Origin: Bigelowiella natans CCMP2755
Lineage: Eukaryota > Protista > Cercozoa
DNA: 64,000 bases
Direction of reading: 5' to 3'
Assembly (NCBI GenBank): GCA_000320545.1
Contig: ADNK01001816.1
Span: 1 to 64,000 of the forward strand
A program made the position numbers and the translations under genes. Each line of letters opens with the position of its first letter. Within the stretch, counting starts at the first letter, position 1. The notes beneath the pieces are model-generated. The model made no database searches and was not told the DNA's origin. It was given only the letters and a program-made list of their open reading frames with translations. Of this stretch, positions 1 to 13,091 are shown in pieces.

Positions 1-709
1 CATCCTCGGATTAACCTTTCCATTTGATGTTTCGCTAGGTGCTTCAGGATCCTACACAGTTCAGACAGTACTTTAAAAACCCCTTTTTTCCCCCCCCCCC
101 CCCCCCCCACCCTCTCCACCCATTCCTCATAGTTATTTTGATCGGCACACCGACCTTCCGCCTTCGGTCTCTACGCCTCCTGCTGTCCCTTGTTCTCCGT
201 CGCTTATCCCGATCCCTCTTCTTCTCCCTATGGTCCCGTGATCGAGACCTACAACCGTAGGAAGGAGTCTATATTACACAACGTGTGCACGTAGCAAGAT
301 TATCCACATCATAGCCTGCGAATTCCCATAGTGCCTAACCCCTCGTAGAGGTAGCTCACATTCGTTAATAACTAATCTTCGGATTGCCCGTGTTACTTAT
401 GTATTGATCAGCTGTTACATTTACAATTAAAGACCTTCGTCGATGACGTTTGCGCCTCGATCGCTCTCGGGAATCAGACTTGCGCCTATGATTATGCATC
501 CAAGAATGATCATTGCTATGTGTTGGTCATAGTAGAATAAATCTTAGACGAAACAGAGATGGTTTCCCATTGCTCAACTACGAGATTATTAATGGTCTTT
601 TTCTCTCATAGGAAACTATCTCTGTTGGCCCAGAATAGGCTGGCTGCCGCAGAGCAAGTCGTTCTAATCAAAGGGTAATCTTTGCGCACCTGCGATCCCC
701 GTCCGCCAT
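1..709 (-). CDS. 5' part of an Arg/Ser-rich (RS-domain) protein, probably a splicing or RNA-processing factor; runs off the window start
   Basis: ATG at 709. Four phase-consistent GT-AG exons (about 690-709, 435-485, 155-248, 1-51) give MADGDRRRKSDSRERSRRKRHRRRSRSRDHREKKRDRDKRRRTRDSRRRRDRRRKDPEAPSETSNGKVNPRM. Confidence 0.75.
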
Positions 710-1531
710 CGTAAGGAGGACGACGCTTTTTCCAATTTAAAGGCTGAAGACATTGTCGCAATATAATATATCATGGGAAATCGATATGTTCCCATCCGAA
801 AACCGAAATTGTCTTTCATTCTGCAGATGAGACAAGTAAGAAACAATTACTTATACTTAGAACCTGCCTTTTCATGTTCAAGTTTCTTGTGCCGACCTTA
901 AGAATACGACAAGAGCAGGCCATGTATACTTTTGCGACATGCAATTAGTGCTGTCGTATCCAAAGAATTAACCTTAAAGTATTAAAATCTCCTTCTCGGA
1001 TCTTAAACCAAGCCCCAAAACCCATCATCGAAAAGACACGTTCGTAGGCCCCCCCCTTTGGCGAACAGTTCTTTGCTTGGTTATTCTTCACACATTTAGC
1101 CCGAATCTCATTCAGTAAGTCATAAATACTATGTAGGTAGTGGATTAGATTCGTTTGAACAGTTCGAAATGGTGTATTTGATGAATTTCGGGCGCAAAGA
1201 GCCCCCCCCCCCCCCCCTAAAAACTTTCTATACAAAAGAGAGTTCTGCGATAAGAACCCATTTCTGCGAACAGAATTTATGTTGTTGTGGTGCTACTTTA
1301 TAATCTAATTTGAACACCCCATTTCTTTCCCGCTCTCAAACGTTCTGAGGCGGTATTCGCCCACAAAAACGTGGTACCGGCCGTAATCAATTCGAATCCC
1401 GTCCACGCCGATAAAGGTATTTTGGTGAGAAATACTTACCAATAGGGCTAATTCGAATAAAATTTATCATTGCCGCTACCACAATAATTGACAACTCTTA
1501 CAAATGCTGTGAAAGGAAGTTGAAGCTGGAG

Positions 1532-3597
1532 ATGACGGGAAGCGTCGGCAAGAAGGCAGCAGGGCAGCAACAGCACCACGCTGAAACTCTGTCCTCCGCA
1601 GCATCGTCTTCATCTTCGCATCGCCAAACTTCTCGAAAACACAAAAATGGAAATAGCAGCAGCAACAGTAGTAGAAACCTCGGCAGTGATAACAGCCATC
1701 AGCAAGGGCGTAGAAGAGATGGAGGAAATGTTCCCACGTCTCAGCAACACAGTCATAATACCATAAGCAACAGCAGACAGAAGCGCCAGGGGCGTGGAGG
1801 AAAGAGCAACGGAAGGAATGCTGCAGCGTTCATCAAGGCCAAAGTACAGAGCGCATTGAAAAAGCGAGCTAAAGAGAAGGTTACAATTTCAAGTCTAATC
1901 GCTCAGAATAACCACATGTTCTTCGGAGCCGGGTTCTGCATCCTTGCCATCATAGTAGCAGCGTTACTAAAAGTGAAAGATATATCGCCTGGGGCTCTTC
2001 GGAAGGAAATCTCTTCCTATAAGAGCCAAAACTCAGTACTGAAAAATGAAGTCAACCTCGTACACCAGGTGCGTCATGCAATCGGCATATTCCCCCCTTT
2101 CCATTTTAACCCCCCCCCCCCCTTTCCCTCGCTCTTCTCTCTCTTTAGTAAAGAAGGATGGGTAACATAAAATAGACGTACCTAATTATTCGACTTCACT
2201 TGTATGCACTCGCACACACACGCACATGCGTGTATATACACGCAAGCATACGTCCACGTGTGCGACGCATGCGTGTTCTTCATCGCCTGGTCATTCGTTC
2301 TGTCTTAATTAGATCCTTTTGATCCTTTCTTACTCGTAGGAGAATGCAGTACTTTACAATCGCATTTTAACCCTTCACAACCATCTCATGGAAGCTAGCA
2401 GCCAATATACTAGATGGCACACGGCACTAAACGAAGACATCATCAGGCCAGGAGAGGAGCATATACGGGTGAGGCAATGAAAATATGAATTACAGATGTA
2501 CAGAACTATGATTCAAGAATCAAATTCCAATTGAGTATTAGATTTTGAAGAAAAAAAATGAGTTAATAAAGGAGTCTCCATTGGCCAGAGTCCGGTGTTT
2601 TATTTCATATCATTCGACACACATACGCTCTGCTGCGATATCGTGCGTGCGTGCGTGTGTGCGTGCGTGCGTAATGTTTACCCTATCCTTTACTCCTTTC
2701 CCTGGAAAATATTCGCCACCCTTTCCACCTCATATTTTATGCCCCATCTTCTTCTTTCTCTCATGTTACCAATCAGCCGTACACAGCCGTAGTGCCTGAG
2801 GGCGTGAGTCCTGGATCTGGTTTCGAAGTGGTAGTTGATGGGCAAATCTACTTAGTTGCGTGTCCAAAGGGATGCAAGCAGGGAGATACTGTGGCCTTCG
2901 ATTTGCTGGCTCAGGTTCCTATCATGAGATTATATTTCTCGATATGCCCTGCAGAAGCACATCTTGCTTTCTATCATATATTTATTTTGCATTATAGTGG
3001 GTACTATCTTCGAGATATCTGTTTGATATAGAGTTCTCTTGTGAAACTCCGAGTGTTATGATCTTAAATGACGTGAACATCCTGACTGTGACATTGATGC
3101 CGTAGGTCCTATCGCAAGTAGTGGATGGCGGATTGGTATGAAGACTTAATTTTCTTGAAAGGATATAGTATATGTATCGGGTCTATGTGGACGGGTGGGG
3201 ATATTAATATCATGTGCAGGAAATAGTGTCAACTTTGGAAAGAATTCATACACTGTGTACCGATTTTCCGATATTCATGTAATGCTTCATTTAGGTTAAA
3301 GTGCCAAATCCTCCCCCGCCCTCAAGTGACTCTTCATCGCTGTCTTCCCCCGAAGAAGGCAACGTTATTAAGAGTAGTTTGTTGAAGAAATCTTGGGAAG
3401 TAGTGAGTCAGAGCACAAATGTAACACGTTTGACACAGAGACTGGCAAGTCCAAGGATTCACTGGATACGAATGAGAGATGAAGGCCTTCCCAAAATTGT
3501 CGATATTCATGACAGAGGAACGAAAGAGGGATTGGGGATGAAAAATGCGGAAAAAGTTGGCAATAGTAGCAATGATACGCTCGCTGCCAGTACTTGA
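1532..3597 (+). CDS. Multi-exon protein of unknown function: basic low-complexity N-terminus, one TM helix, coiled coil, and a short 'PEGVSPG..FEVVVDG....VACPKG..QG' module
   Basis: Long first exon in ORF 1520-2170 with hydrophobic FFGAGFCILAIIVAALL followed by a heptad region. Further exons near 2340-2468, 2775-2914 and 3295-3597 with GT-AG borders. Confidence 0.6.
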
Positions 3598-4040
3598 TCA
3601 AGAGCAGCAAGAACATAATGCTAATTATAGTTTCTAACATTAAGAGGAAAACAAAATATTATCCTGGTAAACATCTTAATTGTCACAATCTGGACTTAGG
3701 AATGATATCCGGCGAACTTGCTTTTTTGAAATGCATGCTACTTGTGTGTCACTGAATGAGCAATGGAAGATTAATTGTAAGAAAAAGCCGAACTTTACGG
3801 ATTTATTTATCAACATCTCATTGTTTACATTGCAAGAACGTCTAGACGTTGCACATACGCAGTACGATCATGTGTCATACCTGTGGATTAGCAGTGGATA
3901 AGCAGCAGTTGACATGTGGATGCACAAAGCGCAAAGCGCAAATGAACTAGCTAACTTGATGATCCTCTGACTTTTGAGGAGAAGGCAGAACCGCCCTGCT
4001 CGTTGACATGTCTGCGGGTGATATAATTTTTGTGACTAAC

Positions 4041-4800
4041 GATCACTCGCTCAATCTAGCAATCTAGCGATGATCCATTGCGCGACTCTAGAATTTTCAT
4101 CCTTTGTTCCTAGCTTTGTCATGCTGGCAACATGGCAATGTCTAGATGTCTAGATGTGAAGCTCTTGCACCAAACGCAACTAGGCAAGTGACAAAAAGTG
4201 GCACAAAAAGCTCCTCATGACTCAAAATTGCTGGAATGATGAGTTTTCATCTGCAGCTAGCAAGCAAGCCAACAAGTGCAGAAGCGCACGAGTCTGTGAG
4301 TCTGGGAGTCTGGGAGTGTCCACGCGTCTGGACATGCCAAAGTTGTGATCATTGAGACGAATGGTCCGTCATCAACGACGTTCTTGTGGGATTTGGACCT
4401 CGCACTGTGGGTGCAGCTAGCGCACGTTGCACCACACGATTGTGAATGTGCACAGCCAGCCTCGCCAGCTCGTGCAGTCTGGCAGCGCTGCTGCACCTGC
4501 GTGTGTCTTCGATTTTGACCAGTTGACGTGTGCGACCAAACGAACAAGTGGATGAGTGAAGAAGCAATTCCAATCTAGCAATGGTGCAGTTGAAAAGTTG
4601 AAAATGGAGCATGCCAACGAGCACGGTCATGCTGACACGTGTGCAATGTGAATCGTCATCGGAATGTGAACAGAAAAAAGTTCATTGCAGTGAGCAATTT
4701 TGCACAAGTGTTGTTGGGAACCTTGCCATCTCCGGCCAATCATGCAATGTTTTCCACAGGGCCAAATCATGTGTGACAACAGAACATCAGCTAGATGACT
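4041..4800. other. TpA-depleted intergenic tract A
   Basis: By-eye count: 11 TA dinucleotides in 760 nt, all 11 inside CTAG. TG/CA rich, CpG retained. Confidence 0.85.
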
Positions 4801-5145
4801 CATGGTTAGCCCGAGTTTCTAATTTGTGCTGAGAGCAAATTGCAAAAATGCGCGTTTGTTCTTACACGGCATTTTATGTAAAATCAGCTGTATTTGTTTG
4901 TCGCTTTGGCAAAAAACACAATGTTTTACGACCCTCGGAAGATACTTTGACAGATACACATTGTGCGAGTCGGAGACAGCTGAACTAAACTACCTCCTCA
5001 CTGATACAGGTCAAACATTTCGCAAAGTAGCTTCTATCAGGCAAGTTTCTGAACGCAAACAGCAATCGGAAAGCCCACGCCTGCTAACTGCTCACCCATA
5101 GAAAAACTCAAGTCGATTTAATATGTTTGTAGGACAAAACGCAAG

Positions 5146-8100
5146 ATGGGAAAGGAAGACGATCCTATGGTGGGTGGTGAGTATTACATGATTGAAGGTG
5201 AAGACCCAAAGAAAGCGAAGGATCTTGAGAGTGGAAACGAAGCAAAGGAAATGGTAAAAATGTTTTAGTTTCAAAATTCTGGCCTTATAAAATTAATTTT
5301 CCTTTTTCATTTAAATAGAATGAGGGGAAGTACCTTTCTACTGATGTAGAATCGGGCTTGACCTCTCAAGAAGCATCAAAAAGATTGGAACAGTTTGGTT
5401 ACAACGAGGTGGAAACTTTAAATTTTGTTTAGATATTATGGCCCATCACCATTTTAGATTTATACCCAGCTTCCAGAGAAAGAAGAGAATATTATTCTGA
5501 AGTTCCTTTCCTTTTTCTGGGGACCAAGTACCAACTTTATATGTTTCGGTTGATAACTTATATTGATTGTTGGTGCATATTCGTGCGATCATTAAATAGT
5601 GCCAATTATGATTTGGATCGCTGCTTTGGTGGAGCTCATTCAATGTCTATCTGGACGTTCACAACATTGGCCCGGTAGGTGTTCAATGCCATGCTGTACA
5701 AAGTTGAGTCACTGAGTGTGAATGTGATAGACTTTGGAGTATTGATCGGGTTACAAATCATTAACGGGACAGTTGGATTCTTCGAAGAATATAATGCAGG
5801 TGAAATCAATCAAAGTAAAACTTTCACCACATAATAAACAAAAATATCTCATAATTTTTAGGAAATGCCATTGCTGAATTGAAGGTGGTGCTCTTATGAT
5901 TTAGTTTTGTTTCGTAGCTAAATGGATACAACTTAGGCCTCGCTTGCTCCAAAGGCTAATGTGAAACGCGATGGAAAATTTCAGATAATTAAAGCTCGAG
6001 AACTTGTCCCCGGTGACATAATTGTTCTGCAGATTGGAGGTATAGACGTTCAATGAACACCAAATCAACAATCTAATAGCTCTTTTTGAAAGGAGTCATC
6101 CCGGCGGACTGTGAGTTGCTGGGTAAACAATAAGTTATTTGAGGAGGAAAATTCTCATTATTGTACGGGTTTAGGGGCCCTTACATTAAGTGTTGATCAA
6201 GCAGCTCTTACCGGGGAATCATTACCAGTATGATCAATACTCAGTACCTCAGTCGAATTATACAACGAAATTTGATAATCGTATCTTAGGTAACTATGAA
6301 AAAGGGAGACATTGCAAAGATGGGGGTATGATGACGACACCAACCTTCAACCACAGTTTAGATGGAGCAAATTTTGTACACGTATAGGCAACTGTGAAGA
6401 GAGGAGAAATGGAGGCTATGGTAACGAAGACGGGGTATGAAGCAGTAAACATTGCATATTTCATAAATCTAAAATGATGCATTCTAACAGAAAGGATACA
6501 TTTTTCGGCCGAGCAGCGGGGATGGTTGCAAATGTAATAAATTTTACACTTTTTCCTGACCTAAAAAATAATTTATGTGTCATCACATGTCATACGAAAA
6601 GGTTGAGCAAGCAGGCCGCTTTCGAACTGTTTTGTTCAATGTGATGATCTTTCTAATGAGCCTTGCAGTTGTACTGGTAACTAAATTAAGGTTGTTTCAG
6701 AGTATATTAAACAACCTCATTGGTTGATCCTTACAGGTTCTTGTTATCCTAGTTATTTTACTGCTGGACAACGGTAGGGATTCAGATTGCAAAATCTTCG
6801 TTATTGAACTGCGTATTCTTTTTCAAGGAACCGGGAAGAACGAAATTCTGACTTCCATTGGCACAGCTGTTGTACTCCTTATTGCATCCATTCCAATTGC
6901 CATGCAAGTGGTTGCAACGGTGTACACAAATACTTGGATATTATATTTACATGGATTGTTAGCAAATCAATATTTTCCTTAATCTCTTAGGTAACAATGG
7001 CAGTGGGTGCCAACTTACTCGCAAGTAAGAAAGCAATTGTGGCAAGACTATCAGCAATCGAGGTTCTACATAATATTTTTAAAAGATGTGCTTCAAATAT
7101 TTTACCTGTTCTGTCCTGCAGGAACTAGCTGGGATGCACACACTATGTTCCGACAAAACAGGTGTGAGATTGAACATGAAATTACTTTGACCAATAATAA
7201 ATAATTGACAGTAGTCTGACCTTTCATCCTTTAATCCTTACCCTTTTCTTAATAGGGACATTAACATTGAATCAGCTGAGACTGGATAAACCAATAATAT
7301 TCGATTCAAAGATGACTGATGAAAGGTATGAAACTTTACAAAAGGAAGAGGAAAACGATTCAGAAAACAGATATACCTGTATGATGAATCGATAAATGCA
7401 GGCTTATTCTGCTATCTTCTCTCGCTGCAAAGGTGAGTGATTACTTTCTATGTATTTGAGACGGTCTGATATTACAACCACGGCTTCTTAGCGATTAGAC
7501 GAGGGTCAGGACGCAATCGATACTTGCATCATGAATAAGGCATTAGAATCGGTACGAAATGCCATTGCAAACACATTTTGAGCATTGATATAAATATATA
7601 AAACTGGTATGAGGGGACGTTTTATTGATAACAGATATCCAAAAAAGAGATGTTCGAATACGAACAAGTGGCATTCTTGCCTTTCGATCCGTCTATCAAG
7701 AGAACGGAAGCCAGTATGGAGAAATAATCCTTATATTCTAATATATTTTACTGAGACACATATCCGTATTGTTCAAGCTATTGAAAACAAAAAGACGGGA
7801 GAGAAGTTCAAAGTCACCAAAGGTCTCAATTTCTCCATTGCCTAAATTTAGTCTTAGTAATTTCTATTTGGTGCTTCAGGAGCTACTCCGCAAATTTTGG
7901 AGCTTTGTGATTCAAAATCTATTGAAGCAAAGGTTTTGAATAATCTTTATATTCCGGTCAACAACTAACATATTGAGATAATCTGAATGAAGGCTTTGAA
8001 AGTCGTAGATCAACTTGCAGATAGAGGATACAGAGCGCTAGGTACCTCTGCCTTCATTTATTATGAGTCATAGTTATGGATTGTTCGCTATTGTTAGGCG

Positions 8101-11100
8101 TTGCGGTAACAAATGAACAAGGCATTTTCAAGTTCGTTGGGGTAAACTTATTGCTTTGCATTGTCTGCCTTCTATTTATTCGTCATGCTTAATTACTAGG
8201 TACTCTCTCTTTTTGATCCTCCAAGGGTGGACACTAAACAAACGATAGAAAGAGCCCAAGCAATGGGAGTCCAGGTGATGAGTGATACTCTGAGAATTGT
8301 CATATGTGTTAAAGGAATGCTATGGTGATAAATATTTGTTTAGGTAAAGATGATTACAGGTAATTCCGATTCGAATAGATACTCAACGCTATTTCATTCA
8401 GTCTTACCAAATTCGATAGCATATCGATTATGGAATGGTTTTTAGGTGACCATACGGCTATCGCTATTGAGACAGCCAGAAGATTAGGTAAATTGCTATT
8501 GTCTGTATCATAATTATATGAACAACTGTAATAAATAATATTGTGCTTGCTAAGGGATGGGAACTACTATTCATAGTGTGAAGGCTATGCGAGACGCTCC
8601 TATTGACGGTGAGAAACTATACTTACTTTCTGTCAACAAAAATTAAATTTTAGTCTTCTCTGAAATGATATTTCTACAGGCGAAGAGGCTAAAAGTCATG
8701 GTGAAATTGGAAGCAGCGAGCCGAATACTAAGGATGAGTTGATTCTTGCTGCCGATGGTTTCGCGGAAGTTCTTCCTGAGGTCTGGGAATATCTGATTCT
8801 ATAATGCTGTCAATTGTAAATTAAAAATAAATGACTAATGCACAGGACAAATTCAAAATCGTTGAAGTGCTACAATTGTCCGGACAAATTGTCGGAATGA
8901 CGGGTATAAGAACTAATATATCTTGATATTGATGAAGAAAACAAAGATAAATAATATTAAAAAGGTGATGGTGTCAATGACGCCCCAGCTCTAAAAAAGG
9001 CAGAAATTGGTAGCTTAATATTTAAACATTATAAATGTTTCTCAGCTTTTCGCAACACATCAGGAATTGCAGTCGAGGGCGCTACCGATGCGGCTCGAGC
9101 AGCTGCTGACATCGTGCTATATAAATTACGTTGAATATTCAGTTTTCTGATTGTACTGGCTTCAGGTTCTTACGGAGCCAGGTCTTAGCGTTATTATCGA
9201 TGCTATGATTATGAGCCGGTAATATTTCAGCAACTGAAAACTAGTACTTTACTAAACCTGACAGATTCAAGTGCTTGATAATTCTCTAATCATTCTTCAG
9301 GAAAATATTCCAGAGAGTGCGAAATTACTGGTTAAAATTTAACATTTTAAATCTTATTTTGTTCTTACTAATTTTCAACTCAAATTGCAGCACATATCGC
9401 ATCGCCGGAACCATTCAGCTCATCTTCTTCTTCTTCGTAATTATCAACAATTTGATACCCCCAAGGGATGCGTTTTTGGGATGATTGATCTAATATGAAA
9501 GGTCGCCGTTTTTTTCCGGCCAGAGAATTCATTCCACGACACCGATGAGAAAAACTTCAGGCTCCCGGTATAAATTCTCCTTTTCTATGCTATAAGAGTT
9601 AGCATTGAGTGTTATCGTTCGTTCGTTCGTGCCGCCACGTTGTGTGTAATAATATACTTTCGTTTGATTTTTAAGGTTCTCGCTGTCGTTCTTATTACAC
9701 TGGTAAAAAAATTATCTTAGTTTAAAATCATTTTTAGTTCGAGCTACTTCACTATCGTATAATCGAAAATAGGTGAATGACGCTTGCGTCCTAACTATCT
9801 CGAGAGACAATGTGGTACGAACCTGATAATTCATTTAAAAGGGATATTTTCGTGTATCAATTTCGCAAATTAAATTTCGCATCGAATGATTTAGACACCT
9901 GCAAAAGACCCTCAGGCATGGCACTTGGAGGAAGTCTTCATTGTGAGATAGATACACTACATGTTAGAGTGTGCTCATAAAAAAAAAAACATATTTCATG
10001 TTCACTCAGGTCAGTGCAGTATTGGGATTCACGGCAATGACTGAATCCGTGTTACTACTTTTGATTGGGTAATTATTAAAGCATCAATTCAAGACAGAAG
10101 TGTCTGACTGTCTTGACTGTTGTGTCTGGCAGATTTTCTGCTGGAAACTCAGACCGTACGGAAGGCCCTGCATGTATATTCTTCAAGGATAATTGCAGTG
10201 CTTCATTCGGACAAGTGAGAAGGGGAAAAGGAGGGGGGTGTAACTGGATCGAGTTTGCTACAAATTAACTTTTTGTATTTTCATATGGATCGTCATGTTA
10301 AATTTTGTTGTTGCCGCAGGTTCAAAGTCTTCTATTTCTCAACCTGTGTTTGTCAGATTTCATCACCGTAATGCAATATCCTCCGTTATAATTTAGTAGT
10401 TTACGAAAAACTGACTGCTTACTTTCAGGTTTTTGCGGCAAGGACCAGGCAAAGCTATTTCTTAGACATTATTCAATTAATATGATGATATCTAATTTTA
10501 TTTTCAAGATCTTGGTTCTTTACTCGCCGACCCGCTTTTGCATTGATAGCAGCAGGTGGGAGTACATCTACTATTTCAAGAATATTATTACAACAGCGGT
10601 ATTTTATCAGGTGTGCTAGCGACCTTATCGATGACATTCATCGCCACCGAGGCTCATCTGGGTCCATAGAGATTTTGAATTTGCGAGAGAGGGTATTCTT
10701 ACAACAGTCCTCATTTCAGGATCGATGCGCCCTATCACTGCATACACGGCTGTTATTGTGTGGGCATATACCCTCATCTGGTTCTTGGTATATACCAAAT
10801 ATATTACCTTTAATGTCATATCGAATCAGAACATTTTATATTTTTTATGAATTTTCTGAAAGATTCAAGATTGTCTGAAGATGGCAACATATTACTTAAT
10901 TGACACTCTTGGCATCGTGGATAGATCGGTGAAATTTAAAACAGTCATTATGATACACAGAATCATTGATTTTGCAATTGTTAGGCCTACCTAAACCTTG
11001 TAAAGCAGAAGCCGAAGGTAGGATTATTGCCGTATTAGTTGTAAAATAATGTGATTCAATGCCCATCTTACAGGGACGTATGGATGCCGAAAATATTCGC

Positions 11101-11504
11101 AAATTCAGTCAAAACCTTCGTGCAAGTACGTATAACCCTTTTTTTCCAAGTAGAGAAGTGTTTTTATGTGTGTTTCCATTTCCTATTATCCTATTATATT
11201 CATTGTTACAGCGTATAAATCTTCGGTGAATTTGCATCCCCAGGTGTTGGAAAAGCTTCTATAGACTATACTTTTCAGCAAGCATACCGAAAATTCTCTC
11301 AAGCAGGTTTCAAAATTTGTGTAGGATAATGGAGGAGATTTCTAATCTTAGTTGACATCTAGGTGGGGCTGATCATCATCCACGAGCTGATCGATTAAGT
11401 GTTTCTTGGGTATATGAATTATCTAATCCATAATTTTTATCACTTTAACATTATTGTCATCTGATCATTCCGTCTATTAGGCGCCCCGAACTGTCGAATT
11501 TTAA
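5146..11504 (+). CDS. PMA1: Plasma-membrane P-type H+-ATPase (type IIIA, PMA/AHA family), about 50 short introns
   Basis: Spliced translation gives [56 protein letters not shown] (phosphorylated Asp, near 7150), [37 protein letters not shown] and [23 protein letters not shown] at 5146; C-terminus SWAPRTVEF* with stop at 11502-11504. Confidence 0.96.
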
Positions 11505-12169
11505 GTCGCAATACGTGATTCTTATGAGCATATAGATAGACCACGCATCAATTTCGGTTTGATGTTCTTGATTTATTCTGCCTTGCAAATTGTGGGCTTA
11601 GCTATGTATGCTATGAGTTTCATTACTTAATCTTCGTACATCATGCGAACGTCATTTTTTGGCTCTATCCCAAAGCGCATAATCAACATCTGGTCGCATG
11701 CAGCTTGAAAGGGAGAAAGTGTGCTGCATGTTAAACCATCTCATACGGGTGCCTTCGATCATAGCGCGTATGTTTCATCAGCAGCACAGATAGATCGACA
11801 GACAGTTGCACTACATGAATGTGCGTCGAGTGATTATGTCGACTTGCACAATTTTAGAAGGAAGACATGCAGCACAAATTCAAATGTCGCATCGTGATTC
11901 ATTGTTAGTTCACATTTCGCAGAGTTGTCTAGATTTACCTAGACCCGTGCATGATGAACACAATGCGAACGATCCGTGCTAGCGTGTGCTGAAATGCAAG
12001 ATGGCAACACTGCTAGCTAGCTAGACTGCTAAAGCAAGCTAGCATGTCGATTCTCTGTGCATTCTCTTTCACACAGTTTTTTAGTCATCGCTTTCTAGCT
12101 TTGTTGCACCTCTAGACCTGCCTACTAGACATGATAGATGCGCCAACATTGACCTCACACTTGTGCATG

Positions 12170-13053
12170 TTAGACTGCGTTAGCTGTAGCTGTAATCTCC
12201 AAAACAGCGTCTCGTAGTCGGTCAAAATCACTAGGTGCATTGTACACCGCATGACTCAACCGGACAAAATTTCCAGTCTCTTTTCCAAAGTTTCCAATGG
12301 CTGCCTCGACCCCATATTTTTCCCTTAGAATGTCTCGTATTCCCCCCCCTGGCTCACCTGGCTTGTCATTAACTTCTAGCTTGTGTGGGAGTTGGACCAT
12401 CGCCATGCTTGTCATGGTCTCTACCGGTTGGGCTATTAAATAGATATTGCAGTTTAATTGAACAACACATCTATCTACATATTCTTATCAAAAGCAAGAG
12501 TTTATGATAGAGAAGCGACTTGGAAGGGGGGAAATATATAGACACGAAAAATACTATAAATTGTAGAGCTAGCACCAAACCCCAGTGAACACGATCAGCA
12601 TAGAGGAAAGTATAGAGATGTCAAATATTTGGGTGCAAACAAGCATCGCTTTTACTGCATTTTTTCCAGTTCCTTATCTATAAAAAATTTGGTGATCTGT
12701 GTACCAATTTCTGTGCCCCACGCTTCAGATAGCATCTGAGCAGCAGCTACAACTCCTTCACGATTATGCTCCTGCACGGTCTTGCCTTTTCCATCTGGTG
12801 ACCGCCAGTCTCTCAGGTACTCGAGAGCAATAGGAGCACACAGCATCGGTGTATAGTCTCGAGTTCCAGCCCATAAAGCCTCTTCTTTCATACCCTGGCC
12901 CCACCCCCAACTGACGATAGCTGATATAGTAAATATTAGTCATACGATCGAACACGAATATCTGTCGCAATTGCAAAAGAATCATTTAATGATCATAGTT
13001 TGACGCACTAATTCAAAGCGGAAATGCGTAGAATTACATGACTATTGATAACT

Positions 13054-13091
<38 letters not shown>

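Noticed and set aside
4041-4800. Explaining the TG/CA-rich tracts by CpG methylation decay or fungal-type RIP
   Set aside because: CpG remains common (cgcg, acgcgt, gacgtt) and TpA, the RIP product, is the missing dinucleotide.
4257-4832. Cys/His-rich ORFs in tract A, and similar ones at 20027-20604, 56640-57744 and 58708-59286, as real genes
   Set aside because: They overlap on both strands, show no recognisable motifs, and are explained by loss of TAA/TAG stops.
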